From Eledone cirrhosa (Eukaryota): 64,000 nucleotides of DNA. Below the pieces are notes generated by a model that was not told the DNA's origin, did not search any database, and saw nothing but the letters and a program-made list of their open reading frames with translations. The stretch covers positions 6,882,001-6,946,000 of the forward strand of contig OZ024761.1 in the NCBI GenBank assembly GCA_964016885.1, read 5' to 3'. The position numbers were made by a program, and so were the translations under genes. Position 1 is the first letter of the stretch, and each line of letters begins with the position of its first letter. Below, one piece after another: positions 40,701 through 58,780 of the stretch.

Positions 40701-41175
40701 CGTTCGAGACAAGCTCCACAGGCATGGGAGCCTGGATAAATATGCTTTGAATAAGATCTGTCCGAGATGCGTGCATGATGACGAAACCGTTGCGCACGCA
40801 TTCGTACACTGCCCAGGCATTGCTGACCTGTGGGGCTATGTGGAACGACTACTGTCGAGGGTGGGACCAATCCGGTTGACCACCGAGTCCATTGTCACGA
40901 TCAAACCGCCTCCCCCTTTCAAAAACGAAGGAGAGGCGGTTTTTCTCTGTGTGATAGCCATGGCTAAAGAAGTTGTATGGTGGAAGAGGCTGAAAGGGCT
41001 GAAGTCAGACACCTTTCCCTCCGGCCAACAACTGGTCCTCTTTTTCAAATACCATTTTAAAAGAAGGATCAGAATGGAGAGAGAGGTGCTCTACCCCAGC
41101 AAGTTTTATGAAAGGTGGGTGAAAGTAGGGAGAATGGCCAGAGTGAATGGGTCTTCTCTCTATATCAGCCTGTAG
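37730..41175 (+). pseudogene. Tx1-like ORF2 (EN-RT-Zn finger), interrupted
   Basis: Frameshift near 38548, in-frame stops at 39583 and 40366. Confidence 0.88.
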
Positions 41176-41378
41176 GTGAAAGAAGAGGAAAAAGAGGAGA
41201 CGAGGGAAGCACCTACTCTTTGTGCTCCTGAGGAGAAGGGTTGCACATTTTTTCCTATTGAGGACTTCGTTTGTTGTTGTTATTTCATTGTTATATTTTT
41301 GTACTCGTTAATTATATGTAAACTTCCCCCCTTGTATCTGTCCCTACCTTTTGTGCCCTAGTGGCAAATAAAGAAACC

Positions 41379-41797
41379 ACTCTATATATAGTATTATATT
41401 TTCACAGTAAAGGCTTTACCTTACATACTATCTCACATAACATTTACATGACTCTATATATACTATTGTATTTTCACAGTAAAGGCTTTACCTCACATAC
41501 TATCTCACATAACATTTACATTACTCTATATATTATTGTATTTTCACAGTAAAGGCTTTACCTCACATAATATCTCACATAACATTTACATTACTCTATA
41601 TATACTATTGTATTTTCACAGTAAAGGCTTTACCTCACATAATATCTCACATAACATTTACATTACTCTATATATACTATTGTATTTTCACAGTAAAGAC
41701 TTTACCTCACATAATATCTCACATAACATTTACATTACTCTATATATACTATTGTATTTTCACAGTAAAGGCTTTACCTCACATAATATCTCACATA
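41379..41797. repeat. 60/71-bp minisatellite, right part
   Basis: The same unit as 34657-35766 resumes directly after the LINE. Confidence 0.95.
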
Positions 41798-41799
41798 GG

Positions 41800-43500
41800 T
41801 CATTCTCAAGCTATATCTCAGGAATGCTTTTAATTCCATCAGTCGAGATGTCATCCTCTGTTCAGTAAAGAAGGGGTCCCTGCAGCTCTACCACTTTGCT
41901 TGGCAAGCCTATCGGGAGCCCTCCTACCTCACCTTCAGTGACCATCTGCCACAGGGGTCCAGCACTTTTCGCTCTGGGCATTGATGACGTCACCAAGCTC
42001 GGAGTTGACCTGGATCTGAATGTCTGGTATCTAGTTGATGCTTGCTTGGGGGAAGGGCATTACCCCAAACAAGATCTGGAGAGTCTTCATGTCAACAGTT
42101 CCAAATGAGAGCTCTGGCTCCTCAACCAGCTTCACATCAAGAGACTGTTCACCTGTTCACAGAGTCTTTCCCCTCCATAGCAGTCCCTCCCTCATCGGCG
42201 TGGTGCTCTCTTGGAGCCTCAGTTATGACCAAGCTTTCGAGTCCATCTTTCAATCTAAGTTAGCTAACCTCAAGCAACTTTTAAAAAACCTCAAAGTCAT
42301 TGAACCTCACCAAGGTTTTTTTCATTCTTCGGAATTATTTATCAATCCCTAAGTTGTTGTATTTCCTTAGAGTTGGCTCCTCTTACAAATTCGTCTCTCC
42401 AACACTTTGATGATCTAATATTCAGTGAGCTCGGGGGTTTGGTCAATGTCCGACTCTCTCCAGAGTTCCACGACCAAGCTGCCTTACCCAAACGGTTTGG
42501 AGGTCTCAGTTTGCATTAGTGTACTTCTTTGTCCCTACCTTGCTTTCTTTCCTCCATCCATACCTGCTCCCCTTTAGTGGGTGACATCCTCTCCTTCCCA
42601 ACATGGACTAGTTCTAACAGGGAGTTGGATGAAGCTTTACTACAGTGGAGAGAGCTGGGTTTGTCAGTTCCTGATGAGGATAGACAGAAGCAGAGAGTAT
42701 GGGACAATCTGCATTCAAGGGAAACTTTTAACTCTTTCTTTGATCTTTTCGATCAATTTTCTAGGTCCCGTTTACTTTCTGCAAGCACAAAGTTCTTGGG
42801 GGACTGGATTGATGCCCTGCCTGTGGCCAACATTGGCAGCCTTCTCAGTCAGGACGAATTCCGCATCTCCATTGCACTTGAAGTGGGAGCTGACGTCTGT
42901 GGGGTCTGAGATGCTGCTGTGGTAGATCCTTCGACTCCACAGGTCAACACTTTTTGTCCTGCCGCTTGAATACTGGTCATTTTGCTCGTCACACCAAGCT
43001 AAACCTGATCATCAAGCGGACCCTGGCTCATATCGTCACAGTTCTGGAACAGGTTGGTTTATCCAGAAGTGATGGGAAGAGAACAGACAGTCTTACCCTT
43101 TGTCCTTAGGTGAGAGGTAAGTGTCTCATCTGGGAGTCACAGTCAGTGACTCTTTTGCACCCTGTCACATCATGTGGGGTTCACTGCTTCCACTGCTGAA
43201 TGGAATAAAATTTGGAAATAGCAGGACTTATCAAATAATTATTTTTTCCAGCCTGTGATGTTCGAGATGTTCAGGGGAGTTGAGCTGCTGACAATGAAAT
43301 TCTTGTCTTTAATGGTGGCTCGCCTTACTGAGATGTCAGATGATGTCCATTAGGGTGCCTGGTTATTTCAGCACCTTAGCCTTGCCATCACCCGTGATAA
43401 TGTTGCAAACACATTGGCTTGCCTCAAGAGTGTAATTAACCTCCAAGGTGATAAATTGCCCCCAACTCCACCATTTTTTTCCTTCTTTTTTCTTTCCTTT
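41800..43500 (+). mobile_element. CRE-clade non-LTR retrotransposon, decayed RT, CCHC and RLE
   Basis: GPALFALGID, NVWYL.D, LPKRFGGL, SRSRLLSAS...GDWIDALP, RCCCG...GQHFLSC, LSRSDGKR.D, QHLSLAITR.N. Confidence 0.75.
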
Positions 43501-43614
43501 ATCATTTTTGTTAAATGAATTTATATTATTGTGTTATTATACAGGTTTAGACACTATATTTGTAATGTTCTTCTGAACGCAATTTATAATGTTATTTACA
43601 CATTTACAATGTTA

Positions 43615-43648
<34 letters not shown>

Positions 43649-43696
43649 CCGTTTTACGTCTGTTCTTCCATGCTAGCATGGGTTAGATGGTTGTTC

Positions 43697-44800
43697 TCAA
43701 GGGTTGCTCTGAATGTGTTGCCTGAGTCGCAGTGTGGGTTCAGGAATGAAAGAGGAACAGTGGATATGATCTTTTCTGCTCGGCAGCTGCAAGAAAAGTA
43801 TATTGGACAATGTATGGACCTTTACCAGGTCTTTGTTGACTTGACACAGGCATTTGACACCGTCAATCGAACTGCATTGTGAAAAATTTTGGAAAAGCTT
43901 GGCTGCCCTCCAAAGTTTGTGAAGATTCTGCATCTTTTTCATGATGACATGAAGGCTTAGGTCAGTATTGGTGGTAGCATCTCTGAACCAATATCAGTTG
44001 AAAATGAAGTGAAGCAGGGGGACATTCTGGCTCCAACTCTGTTTTCCTTATATGTTATGATAGTGTTCCTCATGGCATTCAGGAAGAATTGTTCACATGG
44101 AGTTTAGATCGGTAAACTCCATGTGTTCTCGAGTGGAGCTGGTGCATGACTATAGAGAACACGATCTCTCGGCATCGGTTGAGGTGGTGCGGGACACGTG
44201 GTCTGGATGTCTGATGATCGCATTCCAAAGCAACTTCTCTACGGAGAACTGTGTGAAGGAAGGCGAACACCATACAAACCAAAAATCTGGTACCAGGACT
44301 GTGTCAGAGGCACCTTGGCTTGCGCTGGAATTTCAGCTGACGAATGGGAGAAATGGCTGAGGAGCGTGTGAAGTGGAGACATTTGATCAAGTCAGGTAGT
44401 GAACACTTTGAAACTCGTTGGAGAGAACACCTAACACTGAAAAGGAAGGTAAGGAAAGGAGACTGTTCTGAACTGCCTGCTGTTGAACATCATCTGGGTT
44501 GCCAGCACTGTGGTAAAATCTGCCGGAGCAAAGCTGGTTTGATTAGACACGAACAAAGTCATATCAGTAAACCTCGTAGGTTATGATTGAAAAGGTGTAA
44601 GGAATGTGCTAGCATGGGAGGTCTTAAAAGACACATGAGAACACACAACCAGAACAAGACAATGGAAAGTCCCAGAAGAGCCAACAGTTGCCATGTATGT
44701 ACCAGAGGGTGCAAGTCTTTGGCTGGTTTAAAGAGCCACATTCGTGCCTCACATTTTTAGCATTTTATGGCAATGCTCGAACACAAGTTTGCAGCAATTA
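43697..44800 (+). mobile_element. RTE/BovB-type LINE fragment with C-terminal C2H2 fingers
   Basis: LPESQCGFR..RGTVDMIFSARQLQEK, FVDLTQAFDTVNR, VKQGDILAP, CQHCGKICRSKAGLIRHEQSH. Confidence 0.8.
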
Positions 44801-44983
44801 TATGGATTGGCAGTGTAGGTAGAGGGTCGGACGCCATGCTTTGCAGCAAAGAGTTATGGCCCTTTATGGTCTGAGTTCAAATCCCACCGAGGTTAACTTT
44901 GCCTTTCATCCTTACAGGGTCGATAAAATAAAGTACCAGTAATGTATTGGGTAATTGCTGGCCTTGTGCCAAAAGTAGAAACA
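44801..44983 (+). mobile_element. SINE family A
   Basis: Full copy flanked by a caattatat direct repeat. Confidence 0.8.
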
Positions 44984-45096
44984 ATTATATATATATATAT
45001 ATGTAAAAGTTAAACAGAAATAACAACACGAAGGGTACATTATATGGAAAGAATATATTAGTGTAACGCTTGAAATAACAGGAAGATGTATATATA

Positions 45097-45433
45097 TCAT
45101 CATCATCATCATTTTACGTCCACTTTTCCCTGCTTGCAAGGGTGGGACAGGAACTGATTCTGGCTTGATTTCTACAGCTGGATGCCCTTCCTAACACCAA
45201 CCTCATTTACAGTGAGTGCTGGGTGCTTTTTTTCCGTGGCGCCTACATGTCCACTTTACAGTGGAATGATAGGGACCCCAGTCCTATCATCTCATTTCTA
45301 CAGCTGAGTAAACTGAAGCAATGTGAAAATAAAGTGTCTTGCTCAAGGAAACAGCACATCACCCGGTCTGAGAATTGAACTCACAACTTTTAAATTGCAA
45401 GCCCAATGCTCTAACCACTAAGCCATGTGCCTT
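45097..45433 (-). mobile_element. SINE family B with RTE tail ending in (GAT)n
   Basis: Homologous to the 24421 and 27180 copies. Confidence 0.85.
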
Positions 45434-45529
45434 CACCTTCACACATATATATATAGTCACCTTCACATAAATATATATATAGTCACCTTCACATATATAT
45501 ATATAGTCACCTTCACATATATATATATA

Positions 45530-47233
45530 GTCAGCAAGGTTAGAATTAACAACGAATATAGTGTTTAGCGTAAAAGTTGGTGTTCATCAGGGATCCGTTC
45601 TTAGCCCCCTACTATTTATTATTGCCCTTCAGGCTATAGCAGAGGAGTTCAAGACCGGCTGCCCATGGGAACTCCTATATGCAGATGATCTAACGCTCAT
45701 AGCTGAATCAATGGCTGAACTAGAGAAGAAATTCCAAACATGGAAGCATGGCCTAGAATCAAAAGGCCTTAAAATTAATCTGTCTAAGACTAAAGTTCTA
45801 GTTTGTAGGAAGGAAAATAGGGCACCGGTCCCATCTGGGAAATGGCCATGCTCAGTGTGTAGGAAAGGAGTCGGCAGAAACTCCATTTTATGTCAAAAAT
45901 GCAAAGTATGGGTGCATAAAAGATGTAGTGGGATCACAGGTAAGCTAACTAAGAATATAGATTTTATATGAGGCCGGTGCTCAGGTGCAATAAGTAGCAG
46001 CAAGTGCCCACAGAATACTAGCTCATTCCATTGCACACATGTTTCTATAGAAATAGTGGACACCTTTCGTTACCTGGGTGACAAAATCAGCAGTGGTGGA
46101 GGGTGCTCTGAAAGTACAGTAGCTAGAGTCAGAACGGGATGGAAAAAGTTCAGAGAGCTTATACCACTATTGGCCGCTAAAGTGAGACTTGGGCATTAAG
46201 TGCAGAGGATATACGCCGACCCCAGTCGGCGTATATCCTCTGCACACAATGCCCAAGTCTCACTGCCATGTAACATTGCTGTTCGTATGCAGGCATCATA
46301 CAGCCTGCCTTTCATTTTTAGGGAGAACCCTTTAGCGGCCAATAGTGGTATAAGCTCTCTGAACTTTTTCCATCCCGTTCTGACTCTAGCTACTGTACTT
46401 TCAGAGCACCCTCCACCACTGCTGATTTTGTCACCCAGGTAACGGAAGGTGTCCACTATTTCTATAGAAACATGTGTGCAATGGAATGAGCTAGTATTCT
46501 GTATATATATATATAGGAACGAAGCTTGCATGCTCCACTGGATGTGTAATAGTAATATACGTGAACGGCAAAGCAGAAATGAACTAAGGGAGAAATTAGG
46601 AATAAGAGGGATCAGATGTTGTTTACTCGAGAGAAGACTACGTTGGTACGGTCACGTGATGCGCATGAAAGACGACAGCTGTATATAAAAGTGCAGGGCG
46701 ATAAAAATAGACGGTAGCCACGGAGTAGGCAGACCCAGAAAAACCTGGGACGACTTGATAAATTCCGACCTCACACACTTACACCTCTCCAAGACAATGT
46801 CACTGAACCGAGATCTTTGGCGCTACACAGTAATACAGAAGACCCGCCTTGCCTAAGTACAAAGCGAAACCTACAGTCAGTAGGCACCTCTAACAAAAAT
46901 ACACCCCTGTCCCACTACCCCCACCGCCATCTTTCGATGTAAAGCTATATTGGTACCACAACATCCAGTCTTAAATAAATGAGGTCGTGTAGGTGTCACG
47001 ACAAAAAAAAAAACACACAGTCCACGCTGTAATGTGGCCGTGTAGGTAACATGGTAAAAATCTCCCAGTCCACACTGTAAACGTGGTTGGTGTTAGGAAG
47101 GGCATCCAGCCGTAGAAAACCCGCCAGACAGTCCTATACGAGCAAGTCAACCAGTCTTGCCTCAAGTGGGAAAATTCCCGTCCAAACCCATGCAAGCGTG
47201 GAAGATGGACATTAACCGATGATGATGATGATG
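45530..47233 (+). mobile_element. RTE LINE 3' portion with an internal inverted duplication
   Basis: [28 protein letters not shown], (GAT)n tail. 46222-46501 is inverted. Confidence 0.9.
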
Positions 47234-47290
47234 AAATTATACATATATGTATATATAAATTATATATATATATATATATATAAATTATAT

Positions 47291-48836
47291 ATCATCATCA
47301 TCATCATCACCGTTTTACGTCCGTTCTTCCACGCTAGCATGGGTTAGACGGGTTGTCCTGTTGTGGGCAGTGTCTGGTCGGCTGACCATGCCTTGCTCAT
47401 ACAGGAACTGATCTGGCTTGATTTCTACAGCTGGATGCCCTTCCTAACACCAACCTCATTTACAGTGAGTGCTGGGTGCTTTTTCGTGGCGCCTACACGT
47501 CCACTTTACAGTGTGGGCTGGGTGCTTTTTTGCCGTGGGGCACCTCCACTACAACCTTGCGGTGGGGGGAGCGGGGGCATATTGTTTATATGCTTCAGCA
47601 TGTACCCATGGGAGGTCGGGTACCCTGTATTACTGCGTGACGCCAGAAGTCACGGTCGTGTGTCATTGACTTTGAGAGGTGTAGTTGGGTAAGGTCGGCT
47701 TTTATCACCTCATCCCAAGTCATCTTGGGTCTCCCCACTCCGCGGTTTCCATCAACTTCTAGTGCTCTGCACCTTTTTATGCAGCTGTCATCCTTCATAC
47801 GCATCACATGTCCATACCAGCGTAACCGCCTCTCCTGCACGCAGCATTTGATTCCTCTTATGCTCAGTCTCTCTCTCAATTCCTTTATGCTTTGTCGTTC
47901 ACGTATATTACTTTTACACATCCATCGGAGCATGCAGGCTTCGTTTCTCTCTAATCTACGTAAGTCTTCCACCTTCAGCGCCCAGGTCTCACTACCATGC
48001 AACATCGCTGTTCGGATACACGCATCATACAGTCTGCCTTTCATTCTGAGGGAGAAGCCTTTTGCAGCTAGCAGTGGTAGTAGTTCCCTAAACTTCTTCC
48101 ATCCCGTTCTTACCCTAGTTATTGTACTTTCTGAGCACCCACCTCCGTTGCTAATTCGGTCACCTAGGTAGCAGAAGCTGTCTACTGTTTCTACAGGGCC
48201 CTCCCAGAGATTGGTGGTACTTGTTTCCTGTGGCTGTTTGCTTGCTGTTTCAGCACAGCTGCTGCATGTGAATCCTACATTCTTAATTAAGCTTCCTGAG
48301 ATCCTGCTACATCTCTTGTGTACCCATTGTTTGCATTTGGGGCAGAGAATGGAGTTCCTACCTACACCTTTCCTACATACTGAGCAAGGCCATTTCCCTG
48401 AGGGGATCTGGGTTCTGTTTTCTCGTCTACTTATAAGGACCTTAGTCTTTGTCATGTTGACTTTGAGGCCCTTTCTCTCTAGTCCCTGCTTCCAGGTTTG
48501 GAATTTATTCTCTAGTTCTACCATAGATTCAGCTATGAGTGCGAGGTCATCAGCATACAGGAGTTCCCATGGGCATCCGGTCTTAAACTCCTCCGTTATT
48601 GCCTGCAGGACTATGATGAACAGGAGAGGGCTAAGAACAGAGCCCTGGTGGACCCCAACCTGTACGCTAAATTCCTCGCTATACTCATTGCCAATCCTAA
48701 CTTTGCTGACTGCTCCCCTATACATGGCTTGTACCGCTTTCACAAGCCATTCATCTACTCCTAGTTTTCTAAGAGCCCACCAGATTACTGCACGTGGAAC
48801 TCTGTCAAAGGCTTTCTCAAGGTCGACAAATGCCAA
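47291..48836 (-). mobile_element. 5'-truncated RTE LINE, open RT C-terminal portion
   Basis: LAFVDLEKAFDRVPR...YADD...RRLRWYGH open to 47595. (CAT)n tail. Flanked by (TA)n. Confidence 0.93.
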
Positions 48837-48839
48837 TAT

Positions 48840-48874
<35 letters not shown>

Positions 48875-48916
48875 AATATATATATATGTAATTTATATAT
48901 ATATATATATATATAT

Positions 48917-50049
48917 TATAAGTATGTACACGTCCATACATATATGTATACAGACGTACAGTAGTATGTATATATAAATACATACATGCACACGGCATAC
49001 GTCAAGACGGGCGGTCAGGAAAGTGAAAGTAATTTTTGACACTGAATTTTTTTTTTTTTTTTTTTACAACAGGTCTCAATAGTGAAAGTTACGATACACA
49101 GGCAATTGTATGGATTTCTTAATATATATATGTGTGTGGGTGTGTATATGTGTGTCTGTATGTATATATATATATGTGTGTTTGTATATATATATATGTG
49201 TTTGTGTCATCATCATCGTTTAACGTCTATCTTCCACGCAAGCATGGGTTTCTGACCCAAATCCCTTATCATTCTGTCCTTCTTATGACTCGACCTTAAT
49301 TTCTTTGGGGACAGAGAGTTGGTGCAAACAAGTTTGCCTAGATGTACAAACACATATATACACACAAACATATATATACGTCTAAACCCATGCTTGCGTG
49401 GAAGATAGACGTTAAACGATGATGATGACACAAACACATATATATATACAAACACACATATATATATACATACAGACACACATATATATACACACCCACA
49501 CATATATATATATATTAAGAAATCCATACAATTGCCTGTGTATCATAACTTTCACTATTGAGACCTGTTGTAAAAAAATAAAAAATTCAGTGTCAAAAAT
49601 TACTTTCACTTTCCTGACCGCCCGTCTTGACGTATGCCCATGCACACATATATACATGCACCTATGGATTCACCGAACATTTATTATAATGCTCGGTGTG
49701 TTTGTAAACAAACATCCCGTATTAAGCCGTAGTGTCTAGCAACCATCGTTGCTCGTTTGTTCAACACTGACAAAGGAACGCTGTACGGCAGGAAGGTATA
49801 CGTTGCTGACGATAGCTAATAAGCTTGAAACTGGTACAGCGTTCCTTTGTCAGTGTTGAACAAACGAGCAACGATGGTTGCTAGACACTACGGCTTAATA
49901 CGGGATGCTTGTTTACAAACACACCGAGCATTATAATAAATGTTCGGTGAATCCATACGTGCATGTATATATGTGTGCATGTATGTATATATATATACAT
50001 ACTACTGTACATCTGTATAAATATATGTATGTACGTGTACATACTTATA
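48917..50049. repeat. Nested three-stem inverted repeat
   Basis: Arms 48917-48993/49973-50049, 48994-49251/49384-49638 and 49639-49786/49834-49981. Confidence 0.9.
49800..49842 (+). ncRNA. Minimal type I hammerhead ribozyme motif
   Basis: acgttg CTGACGA t agct-aata-agct t GAAAC tg GTA cagcgt. Possible distal stem I extension agga/tcct. Confidence 0.65.
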
Positions 50050-50629
50050 TTTAAGTAACAGCCGTACTAAGAGTGGGAAATGAAATTTCGTTTCATTTTT
50101 TCCGTTTATATATATATTAAGAAAATTTTGCTCTATATAATTATATATATATAAATTATATATATAAATTATATATATAATTACATAGAGCAAAATTTTC
50201 TTTATATATATATATACTACTCTTATTTAATGTTCACAGAACTCTGAACAATGTAAAGGGAGATAACTAAGTTAGGGCTATATTTTATCAGACGCTCCAC
50301 AGAGTCGGCACCGGAAGTTGGATGATAATTGCGCAGACGCTGTGATGCCAATGCTTTAAGGGAGCGGTTTGTATGTAAACAGGTGGAGGGAGAAAGGAAG
50401 AGTTTAAAAACTCTTGCACATAAGCGACTTGCTCTTCACGGATGTTTATATTCACAACTTTCAAATCACGAACAGGCTAACAGATTTAACAACTAATGTG
50501 TGTATATGTATATGTGTATACATATACATAATCACACGTATATGTATATATATGACAAACCACTAAGTTTCTGTGATTTCTAGAAAGGAATTTTACTTAA
50601 ATGAAGGTAAAAAAAAAAGAACCGGGAAA

Positions 50630-53869
<3,240 letters not shown>

Positions 53870-53870
<1 letters not shown>

Positions 53871-55537
53871 CATCATCATCATCATCATCATCATTTTACG
53901 TCCGCTTTTCCCTGCTTGCAAGGGTGGGACGGGTCTTATTCAGCACAGCATCTCTCCACTCGTCACGGTCCCTCGTCATCTCCACCGTGAGCTTCAATGA
54001 TCTGAGGTCTGTTCTCACCACCTCCGCCCATGTTTTTCGTGGTCTAACTCTACCACGTCTTCCTTCAACTGACATTTCCTGGCACTTCTTCACCCATCGG
54101 TCATCCTCCATGCGCATCACATGTCCATACCACCTCAGTCTCCTCTCCCGTACACTACATTCTATCCCTCTCAGACACAGTTTCTCTCTCAACACATTTA
54201 TGCTGGGTCGTTCACGCACATTTACACTGCACATCCAACGGAGCATGCTTGCCTCATTTCTCTCCAGCCGTCGCATATCTTCTGCGGTAGCTGCCCATGT
54301 CTCACTACCATGCAGCATCGCGCTCCTCACACAGGCATCATACAACCGGCCTTTCGTACGCAGGGAGAAACCCTTCTTCGTCAACAGAGGAAGCAGCTCC
54401 CTAAACTTCTTCCAACCCGTCCTTATTCTAGATACTATGGCCTCGGAACACCCTCCTCCCATGCTAATCTGATCTCCTAGGTACCGGAAGCTATCCACCA
54501 CTTCTATAGCGCCCTCTCGCATTTGAAAAATGTGTCTATCAGTGCGACTTCTACTGTCTAATTTCCCTGTACATCTACTGCATACATATTTCTCCCTACC
54601 TGTTAGTTTGCCTGCTATCCCGCTACATCTCTTGTGTACCCAGGACCTACATTGTGTGCATTTTATAGAATTTATGCCAGTTCCTTTTCTGCATATCGAA
54701 CATGGCCATTTCCCTGACGGAATCAGGGTTTTGTCCTCTTTTCTACTCATCAACACTTTTGTCTTAGCTAGATTTACTCTCAGTCCTCTTGCTTCCAACT
54801 GCTGTTTCCATAGCCGGAATTTATTCTCTAGCTCCTCTACTGATTCTGCCATAAGAGCCAGATCGTCAGCATAGAGAAGTTCCCATGGACAGCCAGTCTT
54901 AAACTCCTCTGTTATGGCTTGGAGGACTATAATGAACAAGAGCGGGCTGAGGACCGAACCCTGATGTACTCCTACTTGTATCTGGAATTCCTCACTAAAC
55001 TCCATTCCTACCCTGACTTTACTGAGAGTACCTCTGTACAAAGTTTGCACTGTCCTTACAAGCCATTCCTCAACACCCAGCTTCCTTAGGGACCACCAGA
55101 TGACAGATCGGGGTACCCTATCAAAGGCCTTCTCTAGGTCAACAAAGGCTAAGTATAGTGGCTTATTCTTCTCTAAGAACCTCTCTTGCATTTGTCTCAC
55201 CAAGAAGAGGGCATCTGTTGTACTCTTCCCAGGCACAAAACCAAACTGCATCTCATCTAGTTTGACCCTTTCTCTAATTAGTTGTGCTAAAATCCTTTCT
55301 GCCACTTTCATAACCTGATCTATCAGTTTTATACCCCTATAATTGCTCCTCTCCAAAGCATCCCCTTTACCTTTGTAGCAATTTATGAGAATACTGCTGC
55401 ACCAGTCTTTGGGTATGACACCACCATATATAGCCTGATTGATTATGCGTGCAACCAGTTTAGTGCCTACGTCCCCTGATGCCTTCAGCATCTCAGCAAC
55501 TATTCCCGATGGTCCGGCCGCCTTACCATTTTTCATT
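53870..55537 (-). mobile_element. 5'-truncated RTE LINE with an open 546-aa RT fragment, inserted in (TA)n
   Basis: [39 protein letters not shown]. (CAT)n tail at 53870-53893. Confidence 0.95.
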
Positions 55538-58216
<2,679 letters not shown>

Positions 58217-58431
58217 TTCGTTTCTGAATTTGTTTAGCAAGATTCTTTATCTGAAATCGTGTGTTGAAACCGATATTGTTATACTTTGGGAGGGTCATGT
58301 TGCCAATAAGAAACACACGCACCAGTTGCTTTCACTTCAATTTAATTTAATATATATTTATAAATTTACAAATTTATAAATTTCTGGTTGGTTGGTTGGT
58401 TCCACAACCAGATAGTTGTTTATATATATAT

Positions 58432-58476
58432 AGTCATAGTTCTTTCGTCACACACTCTGTGACCTCTTCAGTGACT
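58432..58476 (-). ncRNA. Minimal type I hammerhead ribozyme in the PLE pLTR
   Basis: On minus: agtca CTGAAGA g gtcaca-gagtg-tgtgac GAAA gaac TA tgact. Sense to the PLE ORF. Confidence 0.78.
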
Positions 58477-58780
58477 GGGGATTTCTTTCTTCGTTTCTGT
58501 GCCTTTCCTTTCTTCTATCCTACGCCATTTTGTTTGTGTGTGGGTTGCGTGCTCAGTTTGCGCATGCGCCACATCCGGGTGTCTGTGTGTGTTTGTGTTC
58601 ATTTTTCTATTTTTATATTTTTATATTTATATTTGTTTGTTTATTTATTTATTTATTGTTGGTTGGTTGTTTGTTCTATGTGTGTGTGTGTTTTCATTTT
58701 GTCTTGTGTGTGTTTTCATTTTGTGTGTGTTTTCAATTGTAAGTTGTTTATATATGTGTGTGTGTGTTTTCATTTTGTCC

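Larger units (their letters stand above)
35767..41378 (+). mobile_element. Near full-length Tx1/L1-clade LINE with disabling lesions
   Basis: ORF1 with CCHC knuckle (CYYCSSRGHLRAAC). ORF2 APE endonuclease (LNVRGL, GDWN, YLDR, SDH), RT (FRPITLLN, DQSKAFDRV, RQGCPLS, AYTDD) and a C-terminal CxxC..ETVAHAF..C. Ends aataaagaaacc. Confidence 0.92.
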
